DNA of 64,000 bases from Octopus vulgaris (GCA_951406725.2 OX597816.1:131068001-131132000); one strand, 5' to 3'. Shown: positions 11,576 to 24,701, counted from the first letter of the stretch. Numbers and translations: made by a program. The notes: generated from the letters alone by a model not told the origin.

Positions 11576-13751
11576 CATCAAGACTAATGGGCTATTTTGC
11601 CGGCAGAACCCATCCATACATGAGTTCTGACGGCAAAATAAGTTAACTTGTTACAATGGAGATATAAATCGTGTGACGATGTACATGAAAATTGTAAAAA
11701 AAAATTAGAGACAAGAACGTTACATAATATGTGAATATATGTTAAAATTCTTAGAGTTATAGAAAATAAAAACACAAAATAATTAGATGACTATACGAAA
11801 TACAGATATAATCAAAATGTATAATTTAAAAGAAAGACATCAAAAACAGCAATTCATCGACACATAAATTTGAGGAAACGCTACCGGGACTGAAAGAAAA
11901 TCTCTCCACAATTCTGATCACCTTCGTTTTTTATGTACATAAAGAACCCGAAATGGCTCGTCTGAACACTCTAGTAAGCTTTTTGGATCTAAGAGTGGGT
12001 AGAAAGAGGCTTACAACTTCCTGTTGCCTTTATACAGCTACCTATAAACTGTTGATATGGTTTCCACTAGCTGTCTCTCTTTCCTGTGTTCTTAAGCTCT
12101 GTTCTCGTCTGTTTGCAAGATATCTTGACAACGTGCTTCTTCTGCACGTTGTTCAGGAAATCCATCAGGTTTTCATTGGATTTTTCTCATCACTGTAAAT
12201 TTTAAGGCATCTGAGGAGGAGGTGAGCTTCTTGATATAAAAGCTTTTTTGCTTCTTTACATAGAATCGAGTATGAGAAAACATCATGAAAAATGTTGTGA
12301 AAAAAACAGGAGTGGGGGCGGACAGCAGCCAGGGTCAACAGCGAAAGGCCTATTGGTGCCTATATTAATCTGGCCATAATCACCACTCTCACCGCCCTTT
12401 CAGAAAATATACTGAAGAGCTACACCACTCTCTCTCTCTCTCCCTCTCTCCCTCTCTCTCCCCCCCCTCTCTCTCTCTCTCATAACCTTCCTTTTTAAGT
12501 AGAACTTACAAGAAATTGACGAGAACTTTGGCGAAGTGGAGCGTATCTGATCTCACCCTTTTCAGTCTTTATTTATTGTACAATCTCTTTTGCCATAACC
12601 ATTAGATTAGAGGAAAATTGCTTCCCATTCCAAAACGAAGACAGCAGAGCGACTTTCACAATAGATCTAGTTGCTAGCCATTTTTGTCCTACATATGTAT
12701 GTGTGTTTGTATACATGCATACAAACATACAAATATATATAAATCTACATCTATATCTATATATATGCATGTGTGCGTATGCATGAGTGTGTGCGCACGT
12801 ACACTTGCGTGTGCGTACGCATGTGTGTTTGTGTTTGTAAGCGTGTGTATGCATCTGTGTACGTATAGCTAGTCAAAAGAAATAACTGTGACGATCGGAG
12901 ACAGCAGCACGTTTAAATTTTCGATTAAAGCAATTTAACTTCACTTACGGTTGTAAAACCTGAGAATCGGAAACTCGACGTCGAGACAAAAGGAGAATAC
13001 ATTCATTGTATGTACGTACGTACATATGTAGGTATGTGTATGTGTGTGTATGTGTTTGCGTGACTGTGAGCTTGTGTACGTGTGTATGTGCGTGTGTGTG
13101 TGTGTGTGTGTGTGTATTTCTGTATCGGTGTGTGTAAGCAACTGCTCATATGTACATGGTTCCATGCACCATATCAGCGTTGATCAAGTATTATTAAGTC
13201 TTCCTTCGTTGATTATTTGGTATACTTAATTACAAACATTGAGCTGAACACAGAGAACGTTAAGCTATCGAGTTACGTACAGTTCTGATACTAGTAGACT
13301 TATTTGGAAGCAGAGGACCATATGTGACTATTTCAGTTGTCATCTTTAATCCTTCATACTCATTTACTATGACCTCCCTTTATATCAGCCTCTCTCTCCC
13401 CAATCCCTCCTCTCTCAAACACGCATGCACGCACACCCACAAACACATACGAATGAAAAAGAGGCGCCAGGATTTGATTTGATTTTTTGTTTCTTGGTGA
13501 AATAATTTGATCACCACTGTAAGCAGGGGGATGAACTTCAGATGACCGATTTAATACATGTACTTTGTTGTAAAGATGAAAATTGCTGACTTTATGAATC
13601 TAATTGTTACGACAGACATACAGGTCTCCCACAATTTTGATATTAAATATGTGCATCTGAAAAACTATTGCTACACATTACATCATACTATACACTGCAG
13701 TACTCGACCGAAAAGTTTCAGTTGTCAATACAAATATTCTTTTCTACTCTA

Positions 13752-13950
13752 GGTACTAGGTCCCAAAGATTTGGGGAAGGAGCCAGTCGATTAGATCGAC
13801 GCCAGTACGCAACTGGTACTTAATTTATCGACCCCGAAAGGATGAAAGGCAAAGTCAACCTCGGTGGAATTTGAACTCAGAACTTAGACAGACGAAATAC
13901 CGCTAAACATTTCACTCAGCGTGCTAACGTTTCTGCCTGCTTGCCGCCTT
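13752..13950 (-). mobile_element. tRNA-derived SINE, family A
   Basis: Reverse complement of GGCGG..AG..GGCAGAAACGTTAGCACG...GAGTTCAAATTCC.CCGAGG..GACTTTGCCTTTCATCCTTTCGGGGTCGATAAATTAAGTACC. Confidence 0.9.
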
Positions 13951-13999
13951 TATCAAAAGAATAACTGGGGCAGTTCGCATCTTTAATTGGTTCACTCTT

Positions 14000-14203
14000 T
14001 GGACTGCGGGAACGCTTATTTTAAAGCCTGTTACTTATTCTATCAGCCTCCTTTGCGGAACCGCTAAATTACGGGAACGTAAACAAACAAACACCGGTCG
14101 TCAAGCGAATGTGGAGTACAAACACAGATACAGATCTCCCCACCCCATATGTATATATATATGTAAATACGCACACACACACATATATGTGTGTGTGTGT
14201 ATG

Positions 14204-14263
<60 letters not shown>

Positions 14264-14428
14264 TATACATATATACGACGGACTTCTTTTAGTTTCCGTC
14301 AACTAAATCCACTCACAAGGCTTTGTCGGCCCGAGACCATAGCAGAAGACACTTGCCCCAAAGTGCCATGCAGTGGGACTGAACCCGGAACCACGTGGTT
14401 GATAAGGTTGTTACCACACAGCAACGCC
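14000..14428 (-). mobile_element. tRNA-derived SINE, family B, with internal (TA)n
   Basis: Reverse complement of the 42258 family (GGTTCCGGGTTCAGTCCCACTGC..GGCAAGTGTCTTCTGCTAT...AGCGGTTC.GCAAA). Confidence 0.85.
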
Positions 14429-15556
14429 TAAAGTACTTGATATATACAGCAATCGGACCTGAAATACCGTGCCCTCTCCCCTTAGTTTTCTCTATCTTCT
14501 GTACTCCATGTAAATCTGTTCTGTAACTATATAAATACTTATATAAAAAAATTAATAAGAACATTTGTTTGCAATGTTATACCGTAAAGGAAAACTATAG
14601 TCGTCAATTAAACTTGATTAAGGGTGTGAATAACACCTACTTTGCTAGAAGTAGGAGCTAAAATACTCCACTGCTGTTATAAAGCACATAACGTATACTC
14701 TGATAGGGGCTGTAATCTCCCCGAACACCGAACCGAGAATTCCTTAGACTGACCGGCCAATTTCGGCTATTTCCGTAGTCATCATCAGTAAAGCCAGCTT
14801 GTTTGGTTATTTCCGGGCTCCCTCGCCTATCAGAGTTGTTGTGGTGAGATCCTGACACCCCTGTGGGATAGCAAATCAACTTTCCTAAACCATATAATGG
14901 CGCATGCGCACTGTCAGTGAAGGGCAGTGTAGTGTGTGCAGACGCTTTGTGAACATAGTTGTAGAAGTCGTTGAGAAGAGATATTGTTTGTTACGTGTTG
15001 TTTCTGAGTTATCTTTGTATTGTTATAAGTCCACGTTATAAAGTGACATATACAGTGAGTTCAAAGAAGGACATAACAGTGTCGACGAGACACAACCAGT
15101 ACCAGGTGCGTACTGGGAACGATCTAATCGACTGGCCACCTCCCTTGTGCCTAGAGTAGAAAAGAATATTATATGAGTCTTCCATAGTAGCTTTCTCTCC
15201 GTTACTTACAAAGCATTTCGGGTTTGTTTATAAATATTCTATGTAGTATTAGACAGTTTAAGTATATATTAACTAAAATTCACTGAAATTGATGGGTGAG
15301 CGTTGGGCCAATCGGATGCGCAAGGATCCGTATAAGCGTTGATTTGTGGGTTCGATCCTGCCTGAGGTTAGCTCATCATTTTTCGGACATTTGCTTGTAT
15401 TTAAAAATTGTCGATTCAAATCGGAGAATAAATATTATTATGATATATTATTATACAGTTATTATTATACTATGAATCTTCCATAGTAGCTTTCTCACCG
15501 TAACTTACAAAGCCTTTCGGGTTTGTTTATAAATATTATGTTAATATATATATATA

Positions 15557-15730
15557 TTCACAAAAACAAAAAAAGACGAAGACAGGTGGTGTAGACAACA
15601 AACAGATGTATTAGTATAACGCTCGGAAAGTGAAAAAGTCTTTAACGTTTCGAGCCACAGAAACACAGAAAGGAACACAGAAAGAAACAAGGAGAGAAAA
15701 TAAAGAAGAATGTGTAGTAGCTAGCGATCT

Positions 15731-15735
<5 letters not shown>
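15557..15735 (-). mobile_element. Penelope-like pseudo-LTR fragment
   Basis: Minus strand GCTCGAAACGTTAAAGAC...GAGCG motif parallels GCTCGAAACGTCA...GAGCG of the adjacent element. Flanked by (TA)n. Confidence 0.55.
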
Positions 15736-15805
<70 letters not shown>

Positions 15806-16085
15806 CATATACTTATACACATGCACACACACACACACACATACATACATACACCCATACACATACACACACACATACCTACATACTCCTATACGCACAT
15901 ACATACACACATACACACACACACACACACTACACACAACACATACACACACACATACTTACACACACACTCGCCTGCACGCGCACACACATGCATGACA
16001 AACACCCATACACTCACACTCACATACGCACACACCAACATAAACACGCACACGCACACACACACCTACACTCCCACACACATAC

Positions 16086-17334
16086 ATACGCACCTACATA
16101 CACACACGCACGCATACACACGCACACACACGCATACACACATACATTACACACGTACACACACACCTACATACACATGCATACACACACACACACAAAC
16201 ATGCACGGACACACCCAGACATACATACATACACCTATACACACACCCACACACCTACATACACACACTACATACACACACATACACGGACACACCCATA
16301 CATACTTACATACATACACCTATACACACACGCCTACACACCTACATACACACACATGCATACACACACACACATGTACGCACATACACACACATATACG
16401 CACATACATATATACCCACACACATGCACACACATCCAAACACATACATACTTACACACACACTCGCAAGCGCGCGCACACACACGCTTGCGCCGGTTCG
16501 CGCACGCATACGCGCATGCATGCACCTCGCTCTTGGACCCGACGAGACCTCCCGCTCGTTTCTGGGGCCATCGCCTGTCGTTGGGTTCTCCCACGCCCGT
16601 CTCCGCGGGACCACTCTTCCATCTTCCCCTCAGCTGGAGTCCTTTTTCCTTATAGCCCCCCCTTTTTTGTTACACACACGCGCACACATACATACACCCA
16701 CTCACACACACATTGCTTAAATATATACATTACTCTTACACACACTTCAAATCTACTCGCCATTAATACAACTACGACACTGGACACACACACACTACTA
16801 CTCAACACACACGCTGGCACGTTACATACGCCCCCACCCCTTCCCCTCCCTCCCTTCCTCCTTCCTTCATTTTCTTACTACTGACCACCGTCTGCTATGC
16901 CTACTACTGTTCGCCCTACCTCACACGCCTACACACAGACGCACACACTAACATATACATATATTTTTTGTTTTTTTATCTCGCCTCACACACACATACA
17001 CACACACACGCACACACTCACACATACACACACATCTGTTGCGTTACCAACCCTGTCTCCACTCTTTTGCCTTTAAAAACCTACTTTGCTCTTGTTATCG
17101 TAAACTTCCGCCTTTCACCATGTGTACTTCGTAAACACCAGTCGTTTTTTTTTTCCTCCCTCTTGTTGCCCACTTGAGATCTTTCTTTCCTCTCTCTTCC
17201 TTCTTTATGTTTCCGACGAAGAGCTCCGCTCGAAACGTCATACCTTCCTGCTTCCATCTTTCCTGAGCGCCTATTAATAATAATACTGTAATTGTTCCAC
17301 GTGTTGTTGTTTTTTCTGTTTTCCCGTTTGGATT

Positions 17335-17338
<4 letters not shown>
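16086..17338 (+). mobile_element. Non-autonomous Penelope-like element with CA-rich cargo, copy 1
   Basis: Colinear with 31105-32750, including unique segments. The peptide ALGPDETSRSFLGPSPVVGFSHARLR resembles the PLE RT-to-GIY-YIG linker. The 3' part has CCGACGAAGAGCTCCGCTCGAAACGTC and ends in (TA)n. The 5' boundary is uncertain (CA-rich from ~15820). Confidence 0.7.
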
Positions 17339-17387
<49 letters not shown>

Positions 17388-18624
17388 GGTGTTCATAAAT
17401 TACCTTTACAACTTCGACAATTTATTGTATTGTATCATCTAGATGTGCTACTTGCAACCAACGTGAAACTGTTCTTATATTTCTAATAAAACTTTGTTTG
17501 CTAATAAACTCTGCTGGGTTACACATATTTTTCACTTTTTATTTCCTGAAATTTCCATTTATGAAGGTAAATTATGGACACCTACTCTTAACCTCAAACA
17601 TTTTAGATACTTTGTTCAAGTCAGGTATCTTATTGAAAAGAAAACTAAATCTTACAATAAAAGTAAGCAAGATGAGTTTTATAAAAAGTGGATGTTTTTC
17701 CATGAGTGTGCAAATGTGAAGTAATACCCTTGTGGAAGCACAAGAGCATACTATAACTGTATCAAAATTTTATGTGTGATTGGCGAGTGAATGTATAGTG
17801 GTGTGTAGCCTTTATAATTTTTTATTTTATTTTATTCTTTATTCTTTTTCTCGCTTCTCTTTTTTAAGTCCTATTCTCCATTTATTTTTATACAAGACTT
17901 CATAGTCTTCAATGTTAATTTTAAAATTATTATAAACACCTTGTATATAATCCCATGTATCTTTCCTTTTTTAAGATAATAGAGTATAATTTGACAGAGG
18001 TTTATCTGCTATATCTAGCAGGCGACGTGACTACATACTACCTCTCTATACATTATATGTAATTATGAGTTATAAAATACAATGCAATGAAATATATGTA
18101 ATTATAAAGATTGTGACGTGATACAGCATATTATAAAAAATACGTGTATACAATAGTGCAATACAAAAATTGTTACTCTAAGGTAAAGACTACAAAGTAT
18201 TATGTCAATATAAACTAAACAATGGAATGTAATACTATATATACATATTTGTAAGGTATACGCAGAAGTGTAATACAATATAAATACTTAGTTATGAAAT
18301 ATATATTGTAATAATGTATCGTAATAAGTTTAAGTTTATGGTAAACAGTACAGTGTGGTGTAATATATTAAATTATAGGAAAAAATAAAGATCATTTATT
18401 GTTACAAGAATAGAATTATTGCTGGCTTTTTTTTATTTTCGCTAAGCAGAATTATTGCGGAGGAGAAGTATATTCGATTGAATCGACCCAATATATTATT
18501 CTTACATATTTTATCGTCTCCTGCAAAAATAGAGGCCATTGTTGACATAGAATTTTTTTGTTGCTCTAACGTATAGGGAACCCAACTGAATAATCTGTAA
18601 TTTTGATAAATATATGAAATATTG

Positions 18625-18812
18625 GTTTCAAATTTTGGCACAAGGGCAGCAATTTCAGGGGAGGGTCAAGTCGATTGCATCGACTCTAGCGTTCAACTAG
18701 TACTTATTTTATTGACCCCGAAATGTTGGAAGGCAAAATCGACCTGGGCGAATTGAACTTAGAACGTGAAGCATTTTGCCCGGTGTGCTAACGATTCTAC
18801 CAACCCGCCACC
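18625..18812 (-). mobile_element. SINE family A (degenerate)
   Basis: Reverse complement of the family A head, body and TGTGCCAAAATTTGAAACC tail. Confidence 0.8.
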
Positions 18813-19029
18813 TTATAAATATATCAAATATTTCCAAGAAAAAATAAAATTGTTGATACCTTAATTTTATTTCATTAGAATTTAGCTGAAATACCAACCA
18901 AAGTTTTCGTTACGTATTGGAAAAATTTTAATGATATATACTGTTGTTTTATGAATACCCTTACCTATTATCAAGTATCTTCAGTGGCAACTGTTAGAAT
19001 ACGATTGTGAATACAATTTCTTTATTATT

Positions 19030-19397
19030 AAATACCTGAATGGCTCAGAAGAGTCGCTGGAGTAACATTACTCGGGAAGGTGCAGAGTTCAGAGTTCAGG
19101 GAGTCCTTTCAAATCAAGCCGCTACTTCTCCGCATTGAGAAGCCCCAACTCTGTTACTGCGTGCATGTGGTTAAAATGTATGAGAAATGAAGTACACAAC
19201 AGAATTTTACGGGAAAGACCAACTGGAAAGAGAAATTGATGTAATTCATGAGCGAAATAGTTGGACAATATCCATAGCTTCAGTTGGTCTTACTTAGGAA
19301 CAGCCGAATCATTTTGCTGACGGCTGCTTCTGATAAGACTCTTAAGAAGGTATACCTAAAGACTTTGCTTCCACTGATCCCACAGGAATAAATGAGC
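19030..19397 (+). mobile_element. Decayed RTE-clade (Rex3/Expander-like) LINE 3' fragment
   Basis: Translates IKPLLLRIEKPQLCYCVHVVKM...RPTGKR, matching the RTE C-terminal PLLLRIE.SQLRW.GHV.RM motif. Contains frameshifts. Confidence 0.65.
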
Positions 19398-20814
19398 AAT
19401 GAAGATGAATGAAGGAATGAATATATAATTTTTTTTCTTTTTTGGTGGTGGGAGCCAATTTTAGTGTAATTGTCAACTCTTGAAATATGTAATATAAAAT
19501 GCATAGAGCATTGTGAAAGGCATGACTTAAAAGTAGTACTTTTTTCATTTTTATTTCGTTTTAAATTGTTCAAAATAGTGAAATATTACCGAGGACTATT
19601 TTATTTATTATCATTCTCTCACTCAATTATGTAAGATAAATTTCTCTTCTGCTTCGAACAGAACGGAAATCGCAAATTTGAACGCAAAATGCCAATGAAC
19701 CCATTTACACCGGATATGTTTGTTGACGTTAGTTAACCCCCATTTTTTTAATTTCATAATGATTTCTTTACATTAGTTTAACGATTAAAAGTTAATTAAT
19801 ACATTTGGCTCGGAATTAATAGCATTGGGATACTTACGCTGTTTGACCTTCAGGAGTATGCATTCAACTGGACTTTAATACAAAATTCGTTATCTAACAA
19901 CTGACGCGATTAGCCGAAAGTATATCATACGCTTTAAAAATTACTCCTAGCCTAATTTTCGCGCAGCGGCCCTTGCATGTATTAATTTCAGCGTGCGATA
20001 TCTTACAATCGCAGTCAAAAAGATCTGTAAAAATCATTACTTCTTCGTATATATATATTTTTTTAATTATGAGTTCATGGCAGTTCTGTCGCCAAAATAA
20101 TTGTATTGTTTTCAAACCAGAAATGGTTAGAACGCCCATCCCCTTTTGTTGCGTAAACAGGGAAAGACAAATTTTGTATAAGAACTAACATTTTGCCATG
20201 TTCAACTAATGTTTAAATATCTAAAAGACTAAGAAAATTATCCTTAAAATATTTCAGTTTAACTTAATCAAATGTCATTCCTAATTAGGCGATATTTTTA
20301 ACTTCCACATTATTTTTTAATAGGTTACTAGAATCAAATATATTTAGTTTAAGAAGTCTTTAAAATCTTGAGAAATGTTTATTTAATCATGAATACCCAT
20401 ACTTTTGGCCAGCGTTGTAGTATAAAAGGCATTAAGAAATTGACGGAAATGATATTTAATAATTTGAAATTGTACCCTAATAAGCTTCAAACAGCTGGGG
20501 TTTTGTTTGGGGGAGGTTAATCTTACGTAATTAAGGTTTTAGTTTCACTTTGCTGGTTTTAATAAGTTTTCATTGATGCTAGGTCCCTTTCGTTTTTTTT
20601 TTTTTGTTTTTTTTTTTAGTTCTCTCTCTGTCTCTCTCTCCCCAACCCCCTCTTCTGTGTTGAAATTTCTCAAGGTCTAGCAGAAAACTTTCGTGCGTTT
20701 CACATATGAACATACCACGAAATAGGCACCAATTTTCTGCATAATAATTCCTACATATTTTGTAAATTACTGAACTTGGTTCCTTTCTGAAATGAGCGAT
20801 ACCTATGAACAATG

Positions 20815-21012
20815 GCTCCAAAAATTTTGTCACAACGCCAGCAAGTTCGAGAAGGGAGTAAGTCGATTACAACTAGTAATTATTTTATCGAGCCCGAAAG
20901 GATGAAAGGCAAAGTCAATCCCAACGGAATTTGAGCTCAGAACACGGAGACAGGCGAAAAGCCACAAAACATTTCCCCCGGCGTGCTAATGATTCTGCCA
21001 GCTAGCCACCTT
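20815..21012 (-). mobile_element. SINE family A
   Basis: CCCGAAAGGATGAAAGGCAAAGTC...GGAATTTGA.CTCAGAAC...CGGCGTGCTAA.GATTCTGCCAGCT. Confidence 0.85.
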
Positions 21013-21279
21013 AAATTTCATTGAAATAATATTTTTTTTATCTCATTCACCTTTTTTGAAAGAATCTTTTAGTTTCAAATGCTTCATTCTTTATTTCCTA
21101 CATTCATCCTTTTCCCATGCCTCGTTATCTCTTAATTTCATTCTCTCTTTATTTCACATATTTTCTCCCTTTTTCTTTCTATCTCTTCCTCTCGCGCTCT
21201 CTTTTGTTTTCTTCTAATTCTCTTTCTTCCTCTTTCTCTCTCTTTCGCTATGTTTTTCCTTCTGTGTGGGATGGGGGAG

Positions 21280-21406
21280 AGGTTGTGTTGTAAGAACTTT
21301 GCTTCCCGACCACATTCTTCCTGGTTCAGTTCCACTGCGTGGTACATCGAGCCGACCAAAGCCTTGTGAGTTAATTTGATAGACATAAATTGAAAACCAG
21401 TCGTAT

Positions 21407-21467
<61 letters not shown>

Positions 21468-21650
21468 GTTACTACCGCTTGACAATCGGTGTTAATGTAT
21501 TTACGTGCACATAACTTACCAGTTCTGCAAAATAAACCAGTAGGATATATACCCGGCTTCTAAAAAATAATTACTTGGGTCGATTCGTTCGACTAAAATT
21601 CTTCAAGTTGTTCCAGTATGATTGCCGCCTAATAGCTGAAAGAAACAGAT
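21280..21650 (+). mobile_element. SINE family B (degenerate, internal GT repeat)
   Basis: GGTTCAGTTCCACTGCGTGG...GCCGACCAAAGCCTTGTGAG...GCTTGACAA.CGGTG. Confidence 0.75.
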
Positions 21651-21692
21651 AAATGATATCGCCATATCTATCTATCTATCTATCGAACTAAC

Positions 21693-21783
<91 letters not shown>

Positions 21784-22644
21784 GAGAGGGGCGATAGAGA
21801 AGATGCACTTGCCCTCTCTTGCAAAATGTATGCATATATACATCGACAACAGACGAGCATACAAAAAACAAAAAACTATACACTTATCGTGTGCAAATTA
21901 TTAGCTCCAATCTTCTATAGATACTGAAATGGTTGAGTATTGAAGCAGACTGGCAGCTTCTTCCTTCGGGATTAGTCAGATTGATCAGAATTCAATAAAA
22001 TTCAATATTCGATTAAAGGTGTTCCTCGTTTTTTCTTTGCCAAGTATCCATCCGTCGAAAGGAGGGGAACCACCATTTATGCTAAAGGATTATTAATGAC
22101 TTGAGCAGTGACTTTGTTTAAAAACAAGAAGAGTCACGCACCATCAACCCCACACTTTCGTCTGTGACCATCTTCAATCCAGTGGCAAGACGACTGGGAA
22201 TAGCGAAGAATGGCGTGAATGACCAAGATGTCATATGCTCCTTATTTTACTAAAGGCATGCTAATTAACCTGTAGCTAGGACCCTGAGAGGTGCTACAAT
22301 TCTGGATCAGAGTAGCTCTGGAAGCAATAATGGCTAAGAGGTGATTCTACATTCCTCAAAATGCTGGAACTCCTGAAACGGGCCTCACTACCCGATCCAG
22401 TTTAAAGTAATTTCTAAAACAAATACATACATACATGCATGCATACATAAATACATACATATATATATGTGTGTGTGTGCATATGTGTGTGTGCATATGT
22501 GTGTGCGTGGAACCCACAAGAGTAAACAAGAGAGACAGAGACAAGCAGAAACAAGGAAAATGCCACTTATATTTGAACACTATACAAATATTCTTTTAAA
22601 AAAACTTTTCTTTTAATTTTTCTAAATTTAATTATTTAATTGTT

Positions 22645-22682
22645 ACAGTTGAAGAAGTCTCAATAACTGAAACCGGTACTGA
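22645..22682 (+). ncRNA. Minimal hammerhead-like motif (C3 to U variant) in a TA-flanked PLE remnant
   Basis: CAG-UUGAAGA-AGU(cucaaua)ACU-GAAA-CCGG-UA-CUG. Stem I CAG/CUG; palindromic stem III ACCGGU. Confidence 0.5.
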
Positions 22683-22747
22683 AATGTTCTTTATAAAATA
22701 ATTTTAGCATTTTCTATCCTGACTTGTTTTTTCATATAATATATATC

Positions 22748-22842
<95 letters not shown>

Positions 22843-22863
22843 ATTATTATTATTATTATTATT

Positions 22864-23003
22864 CAGTAGTTTTATTTTTATAGCGTGCTTTCACTTCACT
22901 ACCGAGCGCAGCTCTGTGTGCCTTGGGTATGTGCTGTGATTTGTTGTGTTGCTCTGATGGTTATTGTATGGAAAGTGTTCTGCGTAGGATGTGTGCAGTG
23001 CCG

Positions 23004-23004
<1 letters not shown>
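22864..23004 (-). mobile_element. 3' end of an R4/Dong-clade retrotransposon within (TAA)n
   Basis: Minus strand GTAHILRRTLSIQ* matches the RLE C-terminal GTAHILR motif, followed by a short 3' UTR. (ATT)n on both sides. Confidence 0.75.
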
Positions 23005-23076
<72 letters not shown>

Positions 23077-23111
23077 CTTTGAAATCAGGGCAACCTTTCT
23101 GCCGCACCCTG

Positions 23112-23177
<66 letters not shown>

Positions 23178-23835
23178 CGAAGGTAAGTCAAAATTTTCCG
23201 CCATAACATATCTTTATTATTGTCACATTGCCTTTTGCGCATGCATGCTTATAGTTGGTACTATTGTGGTCAAGTGATCGAAGTTTGAACCTGATCGTGC
23301 CATTTTTCTTTCTGGTTTTACGGTGTAAGTATGGCCACTCTACTAGCAATATGTACCAAATAAGAACAAAGAGTAGTGATCCGAGAGATGGTTATGGCGA
23401 ACCTGTTCACTATTACCATTTCTCGAACTGGCTGAATCTTCTCGTCAGTGATGGAGGTGGACGGGCAACCTGCTCCCTCTTTGGGCATTACGCTTGTCCG
23501 GTCACTTTTAAATTTCTCGACCCACTCAATCACACTTCTATGCGGTAGTGCATTGTCCCCGTATTTTGCTAAAAGCCTCCGATGGATTTCGGCACTTGAC
23601 ACACCTTCCAACCAGAGAAATCGGGTCTCTGCTCTTCGTTCTTCTTTGGTGCACATTGCTAGTGGAGTGGCCATGCTTACACCGTAAAGCCAGAAAGAAA
23701 AATGGCACAACCAGGCTCAAACTTCGATCACGTGATCATAATAGTACCAACTCTAAGCACGCATGCGCAAGAGGTAATGTGACAATAATAATAAAGTTAT
23801 GTTATGGCGAAAGTGCGGATAATTGACTTCCACTC

Positions 23836-23836
<1 letters not shown>
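23178..23836 (-). mobile_element. Mariner-derived foldback element (two 5' ends) with transposase N-terminal HTH fragment
   Basis: TA-flanked, with ~200-bp inverted arms (23178-~23385 vs ~23620-23836). ORF 23318-23710 contains MATPLAMCTKEERRAETRFLWLEGVSSAEIHRRLLAKYGDNALPHRSVIEWVEKFKSDRTS, a mariner HTH. Confidence 0.88.
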
Positions 23837-23907
<71 letters not shown>

Positions 23908-24701
23908 AACCTTTACATATATAAATAACGTGAAATACACGAAGGGACGAACATAAGAGACAGACGGGTCGTACTTATGTATGTATGTATGTATGTATGT
24001 ATGTATGTATGTATGTATATCCATCTTCTCTTGTACCGACCAAAGCCTCTAGTTCTTTCCACACATCTTTATATCTATTCACCAGTACCTATTCATTACT
24101 ACCTCTATCGATGTATTTCCAAGATGTTGAGCATTGCTCACAAGCACGAATGTAATGAAAAAATATCTTATTTTGTTTTTATTTATTTATTTATTTTTGT
24201 TTTCATTTCGGTTACTGATTACGCTCAATTAACGAATACACTACTGCGCTACTGTTCAGATAAGATAGTAAAGTATTATAATATATTTTAACTTGCCACA
24301 ATTAACTCATCCCTCAAGAAGAATTAGCTAAAAGAAGGTGACAGGACGAGCCAATTGAAAACATTTTGCTGAATTCGAAATCTGTTGGAAATAGATTTCG
24401 TTCGTCTGTTTGTTTACTAAATTATTTGCAATATAATACTGGGTTTCAGACGTTCATTCTCCTTCACAGCATCTCACAGATGCGACTTCAGACACAACTA
24501 TCAAATCGAATCAATCTTCTGTGGGTATTTCACAATCTATATAGCTACATATTCATTTGTATGTATGTATGTATATAAAAACACACACATACACACACAC
24601 ACTCACACACATACACGCACGCACACGTACGCACGCACACATGTATGTATAGATGTATGTATATGTATAAACATATACATACATATGTAAGTAAATATAT
24701 A

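Noticed and set aside
11900-12380. Possible hAT transposase remnant
   Set aside because: Only a weak TIR-like TTAATCTGGCCA and stop-ridden frames; no diagnostic motif
22275-22410. Segment resembling a reversed RTE 5' UTR
   Set aside because: Too degenerate to call or fold confidently
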